Shown piece by piece: positions 49,331 to 54,707 of a stretch of DNA of 54,707 bases. The stretch comes from an uncultured Desulfurellales bacterium. Its GTDB lineage: Bacteria; Campylobacterota_A; Desulfurellia; Desulfurellales; CAZERD01. Position 1 is the first letter of the stretch. Each line of letters opens with the position of its first letter. A program made the translations under genes and the position numbers. The stretch spans positions 1-54,707 of the forward strand of contig CAZERD010000004.1 in the NCBI GenBank assembly GCA_964515405.1. The letters run 5' to 3'. Below the pieces are notes generated by a model that worked only from the letters and a program-made list of their open reading frames with translations, did not search any database and was not told the DNA's origin.

Positions 49331-49731
49331 TTCCCCACACCCAGCACAACAAATGTATTAGTCATGGTGGCAACAAGCACTTCACCCTTTGAGAACACAC
49401 TACAGTCAACAACACCAACCTTTTTCCCCTTATGTACAACCCTAGCGCGCGCTACAAGCTCGTCTTTCACAGCCCTGATAAAGTTCAGCGTCATAGCAAT
49501 GCCCACTATACTCTCCTCCTCACCAGCCACACTCAGCAAAGCAGCTGCACATGCCGCATCCGCAAGACTACCAATCACTCCGCCCTGAATCAATCCATAT
49601 TCATGAAGAAACTCCTCCTTAAACGGTAATCTAACCTCAGAACATCCATCGGCCATGGACACAAGTTCAATCCCCAGAAATCTGTAATAAGGTGCGTTTT
49701 TGAATGCTTTGATTCTCTCATCTGTATTCAC
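49327..49731 (-). CDS. PaaI-family thioesterase
   Basis: GLIQGGVIGSLAD hot-dog fold motif. Confidence 0.88.
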   Translation of the reverse strand: MNTDERIKAFKNAPYYRFLGIELVSMADGCSEVRLPFKEEFLHEYGLIQGGVIGSLADAACAAALLSVAGEEESIVGIAMTLNFIRAVKDELVARARVVHKGKKVGVVDCSVFSKGEVLVATMTNTFVVLGVGK

Positions 49732-51184
49732 TTTCCCCTCCGTACTGCAGATAATGTCTAAATAACAAAAAACCCGTCACAGCACCGTAGAACAGAACAG
49801 CCACTCCAACTCTGAGCCACAAATTACCGCAAATCTTGGAAAGTAGTATGGAAAAAACAGCCAATACAAAACCTGCTGTCCCAGCCCTCTTCGGTACCAT
49901 CCACCTGAATCTCAACCTGCCGACCCTCCTGTTCACATAAACAAATAGGACAAAAGCATTAATAAAGCCGGAGATAGCAACAGAGGCTGCAAGCCCCCTA
50001 AAGCCAAGCGTCAAACCCAAGAGCACGGAACATACTATATTAACCACGGAAGCGATAACTGAAGCCTTGGTAGGTGTCTTTGCGTCCTTCATGGAATAAA
50101 ACACGTTTCCTAACACTTTAACCAGCGAAAAGAAAAGGAAACCACACATAAATATAACAAGAGCAGCATAGGTATTTCTTACATCTTCGGACGTGAATCT
50201 CCCATGGCCAAACACAATAGCTATCGTTTCCCTACCAAAAAATAAAAAGAACAAGAATGCAGAAACAGAAAATATAAACACCAGTTGTGTTACAACCCTT
50301 GTTTTATCCATCATATCCTTTACTCCAAGTCTCGACATTTCCGGCAGCGCAGCTTGGGCAATAGCTATGGAAAAAATGGCAAACGGCAACTGAAACAGCC
50401 TATCCGCATAGAACAGATACGAAAAACTCCCTGCTTTCATAAAGCTCGCAAGAAATGCGTCTATCATAGTAGACAACTGGAATATACCACCCCCCAGAAC
50501 GGTAACAAAAATAAGTCTGAATACTTCTTTCGTTGATTCCATAAGCCTCACTGTGAACTTCAGGGAAATTCCATATACCTTGAGACCAACAAAGGATGCC
50601 AACAACTGAAGAAAGCCACCAACTACAGCTCCTATGCACAACGCGAGTACAGGATGCACAAACCTGTGAAACAGTAGGAAAACGCTGGCTATTATGCTCA
50701 GATTAAAAAGCACAGGTGTAAAGGCTGGTACAGCAAATCTCCCGTAGGTATTCATAAAACCCATAAGCAATATGGAAAGTCCTATAAAAAAAATGTATGG
50801 AAACAATATCTTTATCATATGATTGAGTAAACCAACGTGAACAGAATTCAAATACCCTGGGGCAAACATAACAATCATAACTTTCGAGAAGATAACACCA
50901 AAAACTGTAAGACCCAGTAATGCAATGGCAAAATAGACCAAGAGATTACCCATAATCAAGGGCTTATATTCCCTTCTAAACCTCGACAGAATAGGCACTA
51001 CAGCAGAGTTCAGAGCTCCTTCTCCTATTATCCTTCTGAACGTATTTGGTATCTTAAAGGCTATAAAGAACATATCCGTATAAACGCTTGCACCAAAAAA
51101 ATAGGCTATACATAGATCTCTAAGATAACCAAAAATCCTGGAAACAATGGTGTAAAAAGCTATGGTCTTTACGTGCTTAAACAT
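49718..51184 (-). CDS. murJ: Lipid II flippase MurJ
   Basis: SRIFGYLRD, IPN.FRR...EGA, YADRLFQLP. Confidence 0.95.
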   Translation of the reverse strand: MFKHVKTIAFYTIVSRIFGYLRDLCIAYFFGASVYTDMFFIAFKIPNTFRRIIGEGALNSAVVPILSRFRREYKPLIMGNLLVYFAIALLGLTVFGVIFSKVMIVMFAPGYLNSVHVGLLNHMIKILFPYIFFIGLSILLMGFMNTYGRFAVPAFTPVLFNLSIIASVFLLFHRFVHPVLALCIGAVVGGFLQLLASFVGLKVYGISLKFTVRLMESTKEVFRLIFVTVLGGGIFQLSTMIDAFLASFMKAGSFSYLFYADRLFQLPFAIFSIAIAQAALPEMSRLGVKDMMDKTRVVTQLVFIFSVSAFLFFLFFGRETIAIVFGHGRFTSEDVRNTYAALVIFMCGFLFFSLVKVLGNVFYSMKDAKTPTKASVIASVVNIVCSVLLGLTLGFRGLAASVAISGFINAFVLFVYVNRRVGRLRFRWMVPKRAGTAGFVLAVFSILLSKICGNLWLRVGVAVLFYGAVTGFLLFRHYLQYGGESEYR

Positions 51185-51854
51185 TCTTTTTCCCGATGAG
51201 TACTACGTATTCCCCTTTGAGTTTCCCCCTCTCTCTAAGCACGGCCATTACTTCGGAGGTACTACCAGATATGAACTCCTCATATACCTTCGTTATCTCA
51301 CGAGCAACAACCGTCTTTCGTTCACCTAGTGAAGATAAGACATCCTCCAACGTCGCAACAACTCTTACAGGAGACTCATAAAGAATGATCGTGGCATCAA
51401 GATCATGCTCAAGAAGAAATTTCCTCCTCCTCTGTGAACCACGCGGAGGAAAACCAAGAAACACAAACCTATCCGTTGGCAATCCTGAAGCCGAAAGAGC
51501 TGCAACAAGAGCACACGGACCCGGTATGGGAATAACAGACAGCCCCTCTCTCCTGAACAACTCCACCACTCTATACCCCGGATCCTGAATCCCAGGCGTT
51601 CCAGCATCCGTAATCAAGGCTATATTCCTACCCTCAAGGGCATATTCAAACACCCTTTGAGACATCTTTATTTCATTCCCTTCATTATAGGGCAACACCT
51701 TGGTACTCACACCCAGTGTCTTCAAAAGTCTCAGGGAATACCTAGGCCTCTCGGCAATTATAATATCAACACCTTTCAATACCTCCACAGCTCTGTAGGT
51801 TATATCTTTCATATTCCCTATAGGTGTAGCAACAACGAATAATGCACCCCTCAT
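51177..51854 (-). CDS. rsmI: 16S rRNA C1402 2'-O-methyltransferase
   Basis: VATPIGN..DIT.RA, DAGTPGIQDPG, YESP, REITK. Confidence 0.95.
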   Translation of the reverse strand: MRGALFVVATPIGNMKDITYRAVEVLKGVDIIIAERPRYSLRLLKTLGVSTKVLPYNEGNEIKMSQRVFEYALEGRNIALITDAGTPGIQDPGYRVVELFRREGLSVIPIPGPCALVAALSASGLPTDRFVFLGFPPRGSQRRRKFLLEHDLDATIILYESPVRVVATLEDVLSSLGERKTVVAREITKVYEEFISGSTSEVMAVLRERGKLKGEYVVLIGKKNV

Positions 51855-52522
51855 AATTTCCGGAAGAACTCCCTTATAGATGAAATATCTTCACAGGGCT
51901 TATCCTCGGGACACTTACCCCTCACACAAAAAGGACCCGCCCCATCAAAAATAAGGGGTGCTTTCCCCTTGCACAATTTAAGCATCTCAATAGCAAGCTC
52001 CCTTATTTCCCATTGAGCCTTCATACACGTCCTCAGTGCGAAAAAATGAAGTAATTCCCGTGCATTCATGGTAACCACTATATTAGAGGGAACCGCCTGA
52101 GGGATTACAAACCTAGCATCTTCACGGCTTACCCCCATATCCAACAACCTATTGTACGCATCCACAGCCTTCTCGACAGCATTTCTAAACAAAGCAAGGG
52201 CTTCAGGTTTTTCCTCCACATCAGGAGGCACCACAAAATGCTCCTCAGATATTCTCGTATACCTGTGTGACTGCTGAGAATAGCTTGCTATCCGGTGTCT
52301 CACAAGTTGATGCGTCAAAACACGACTGACACCGTACACACCAAACGTGAAACTCACATGCTCCAAAACAGACAGATGTCCAGAGCGTATAATCCTAGGG
52401 AGCAATTTCTTTGCCATCTCCTCCGTAACATCTTGAGGAATAGAAGTACTGTAACAGACCCGGGCAGCCATGGTAACCATCCTGTCTGGTTCCTCAGTAT
52501 ACCTCAAAAGCACCACCCTCAT
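51851..52522 (-). CDS. thyX: FAD-dependent thymidylate synthase
   Basis: GHLSVLEH, HQLVRHRIASYSQQSHRY, EDAR, AQWEIR. Confidence 0.96.
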   Translation of the reverse strand: MRVVLLRYTEEPDRMVTMAARVCYSTSIPQDVTEEMAKKLLPRIIRSGHLSVLEHVSFTFGVYGVSRVLTHQLVRHRIASYSQQSHRYTRISEEHFVVPPDVEEKPEALALFRNAVEKAVDAYNRLLDMGVSREDARFVIPQAVPSNIVVTMNARELLHFFALRTCMKAQWEIRELAIEMLKLCKGKAPLIFDGAGPFCVRGKCPEDKPCEDISSIREFFRKL

Positions 52523-53562
52523 ATACCCTCCAAAGAGTCCCTCATACGCCTTATCCTCTTGCAAGCATCATCCATCCCGGACAACGTCTCCCTCTGTTCG
52601 TATATCACAGTCTTCTCCCTTTGGGTCAGGGAGCAACCACAATGAGATTCAACAAGCTCCAAAAACCTACTCTCACTCATCACCTTTAAATGCTCCCTAT
52701 TCAACCTCTCCAATTCATACATATCAAACATTCCGCCTTTTACCTTTATACCCTCAAACGAAGCATACTTAATGAGTGTCTCCTTGCTCAAGGCTTTCCC
52801 GATCTCCAAAGAAAATACCTGCCTCGCCACGTAATCAAACAGAGCTTCTGGAACTATATTACCTGACAAAACAGAATCAACAAACGCTTCACCCTTCTTG
52901 TACTCTACCGGTGGTAAATGACAAAACACAGGCGGAACCCTGTCCAGGGCACAAGCCACAAGGTACTCTTCCATAGCCCATTCTACTTGAGATGATTCCC
53001 TGACAACATGAGTCACAGCGAACTCCATATCGTCTACAGACGAAGCAAATCCAAACGACGGGCTACCATCAGGATAAAGAATAATAAAGTCCCCCACAGT
53101 ATCATTATTAACCACCACATCACCAAGCAATACATCTCTAAGCATCACACTACCCTCACCAACCCTTAGCCTAATGGCAAACGGTTCTCCCCCTTCAGCC
53201 CTACGCTCAGACTCATACGAAGGAAGCAAACCGCACCCGGAAGCACACCGGGGCAACACCTTAAAACCTTCATCTACGCAAAAACATCTATAAGCTTTCC
53301 CAATGCCAACAAGGGATATTGCCACCTCTCTATAATAATACAGCCTTTCTACTTCCCTCACAATACTGTCAAACTCAATACCTAACCACCTCAGGGTTTC
53401 CAAGAACTCATCCTCTATCACCTCAAGGGATAACGCACCACTCAACCTTAGCATTAGAGCACCATCAAGATGTCTCCCAAGAAGATAACTAACCACAGCC
53501 ACACGTATATCATCACAACTAGGGGAAAGTGCAACTTCGGGAGAGAAAGCAAATTTATACAT
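52519..53562 (-). CDS. Degenerate glutamyl-tRNA synthetase paralogue
   Basis: LRWLGI, AYRCFC, DFIIL..DG.P, VDD...THVVR and HLP are retained; HIGH, RIEDTD and KLSKR equivalents are absent. Confidence 0.8.
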   Translation of the reverse strand: MYKFAFSPEVALSPSCDDIRVAVVSYLLGRHLDGALMLRLSGALSLEVIEDEFLETLRWLGIEFDSIVREVERLYYYREVAISLVGIGKAYRCFCVDEGFKVLPRCASGCGLLPSYESERRAEGGEPFAIRLRVGEGSVMLRDVLLGDVVVNNDTVGDFIILYPDGSPSFGFASSVDDMEFAVTHVVRESSQVEWAMEEYLVACALDRVPPVFCHLPPVEYKKGEAFVDSVLSGNIVPEALFDYVARQVFSLEIGKALSKETLIKYASFEGIKVKGGMFDMYELERLNREHLKVMSESRFLELVESHCGCSLTQREKTVIYEQRETLSGMDDACKRIRRMRDSLEGI

Positions 53563-53852
53563 CAGTCACCTTTTTTAAAGAGAATGAGCGTTTCCCCCTG
53601 CCTTATCATGAGAAACCTTTTCGTAGCCTCATCCTTCAACAAACGGGGGTCCATCTTATATGCACTCACCTTTTTCTGCAACTCCCTCAAGAGCTCTCGT
53701 TTTTGCTTCAGTTCCATGCTCAGCTTCTTAGATTCAGCTTTCAACCTCTCTATGGTCTGCATCCTGCTGTACATGCTTTTAACGGACACACCTATCAGCA
53801 GTAATGCCAGTATAATAAACAGTATCCCAACAACCCTCGCCAGTCTGCTCAT
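53562..53852 (-). CDS. Septum formation initiator family protein (FtsB/FtsL-like)
   Basis: Single TM helix, coiled coil, and DP.....A.....M...GE tail. Confidence 0.7.
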   Translation of the reverse strand: MSRLARVVGILFIILALLLIGVSVKSMYSRMQTIERLKAESKKLSMELKQKRELLRELQKKVSAYKMDPRLLKDEATKRFLMIRQGETLILFKKGD

Positions 53853-53856
53853 ACAC

Positions 53857-54707
53857 TCAAGCCACAAACACTGCTTCTACAAAATCCCTTGCATTGAAAG
53901 CCTTCAAATCGTCAACATCCTCCCCTATACCTATATATCTTATAGGGATACCAAACTCTTTGCTTATCGCTACAATTATGCCCCCCTTCGCCGTACCATC
54001 CATCTTTGTTAGAGCTATCCCCGTTATACCTATCTCCTTATTGAACATCCTCGCTTGATTTATACTATTCTGTCCTATTGTAGCATCCAAAACAAGCAAT
54101 ACCTCATCCGGATCCATGCCATAAGCTTTATTTATGGATCTCTTTATCTTTACCATCTCCCTCATCAGACCGCTCTGAGTATGTAATCTGCCAGCCGTGT
54201 CTATTATAACCACATCCATCCTACGAGAAAGCGCACTTTTTATACCATCAAAAACTACAGCAGCAGGGTCAGCATTCTCTTGCTGTTTAACTATGGAAGC
54301 ACCTGCTCTCTTGGCCCACTCCTCCAGTTGCTCTATGGCAGCAGCCCTAAACGTATCCCCAGCAACCACCATAACCTTCTTACCCCTATCCGTGTACTTA
54401 CTCGCAATCTTACCTATGGTAGTAGTCTTACCAGAACCATTTACGCCAACAACCAACATCACAAAGGGTGACTTCCTTATCTCAAGGGGCTTCTCCACTT
54501 TTCTGAGAATAGAAAGGATAACTTCTCTTATCTTTATTCCAGCATCCCTCCTCGTCTTAATACTACCGTCCTCCACTCCCTGTTCAATAGCCTCTACTAC
54601 CATGCGAGCAGAAGCCACTCCAAAATCAGATTCTATGAGCAATTCCTCTATAAACTCAAGATAATCATCATCCACAGGCAGATCGCTGGACGAAGCCTCA
54701 TGTATTT
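53857..54707 (-). CDS. ftsY: SRP receptor FtsY (5' end outside the window)
   Basis: GVNGSGKTT, DTFRAAA, DTAGR, TKMDGTAKGG; frame is open to the window end. Confidence 0.96.
   Translation of the reverse strand, partial: IHEASSSDLPVDDDYLEFIEELLIESDFGVASARMVVEAIEQGVEDGSIKTRRDAGIKIREVILSILRKVEKPLEIRKSPFVMLVVGVNGSGKTTTIGKIASKYTDRGKKVMVVAGDTFRAAAIEQLEEWAKRAGASIVKQQENADPAAVVFDGIKSALSRRMDVVIIDTAGRLHTQSGLMREMVKIKRSINKAYGMDPDEVLLVLDATIGQNSINQARMFNKEIGITGIALTKMDGTAKGGIIVAISKEFGIPIRYIGIGEDVDDLKAFNARDFVEAVFVA

Overview
Compact chromosomal window from an anaerobic, probably thermophilic sulfur-reducing bacterium. Gene content suggests Desulfurellaceae/Hippea-like, but this is inference only. The left edge is the head of an AT-rich CRISPR-cas locus: an intact cas6, the 5' end of a probable Cas8-type gene, and two relics missing from or mis-called in the ORF track (a decayed second cas6 and a truncated type III-like RAMP gene). 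No CRISPR array is present. The rest contains an MCP, a polar amino-acid ABC transporter, and Moco genes (moeA-like, moeA, moaA, moaC, mobB). It also holds the ffh-rpsP-khpA-trmD-rplS-yraN operon without rimM, a DUF134/NifX-like/Zn-ribbon unit, and a type II metal ABC importer with a ModE-like box plus DUF364. A Tat-exported PsrABC-like Mo enzyme has a divergent TorD chaperone. Further genes are panBCD behind a possible attenuator, folK, dapL, tRNA-His and tRNA-Lys, a methylmalonyl-CoA cluster, fba, pgi and recG. An unusual GctAB-type CoA-transferase operon carries uncharacterised genes. There is also a catalytically degenerate resolvase-domain gene, envelope genes, thyX, a degenerate GluRS paralogue and a partial ftsY. 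All family assignments come from motif recognition by eye; no searches were run.
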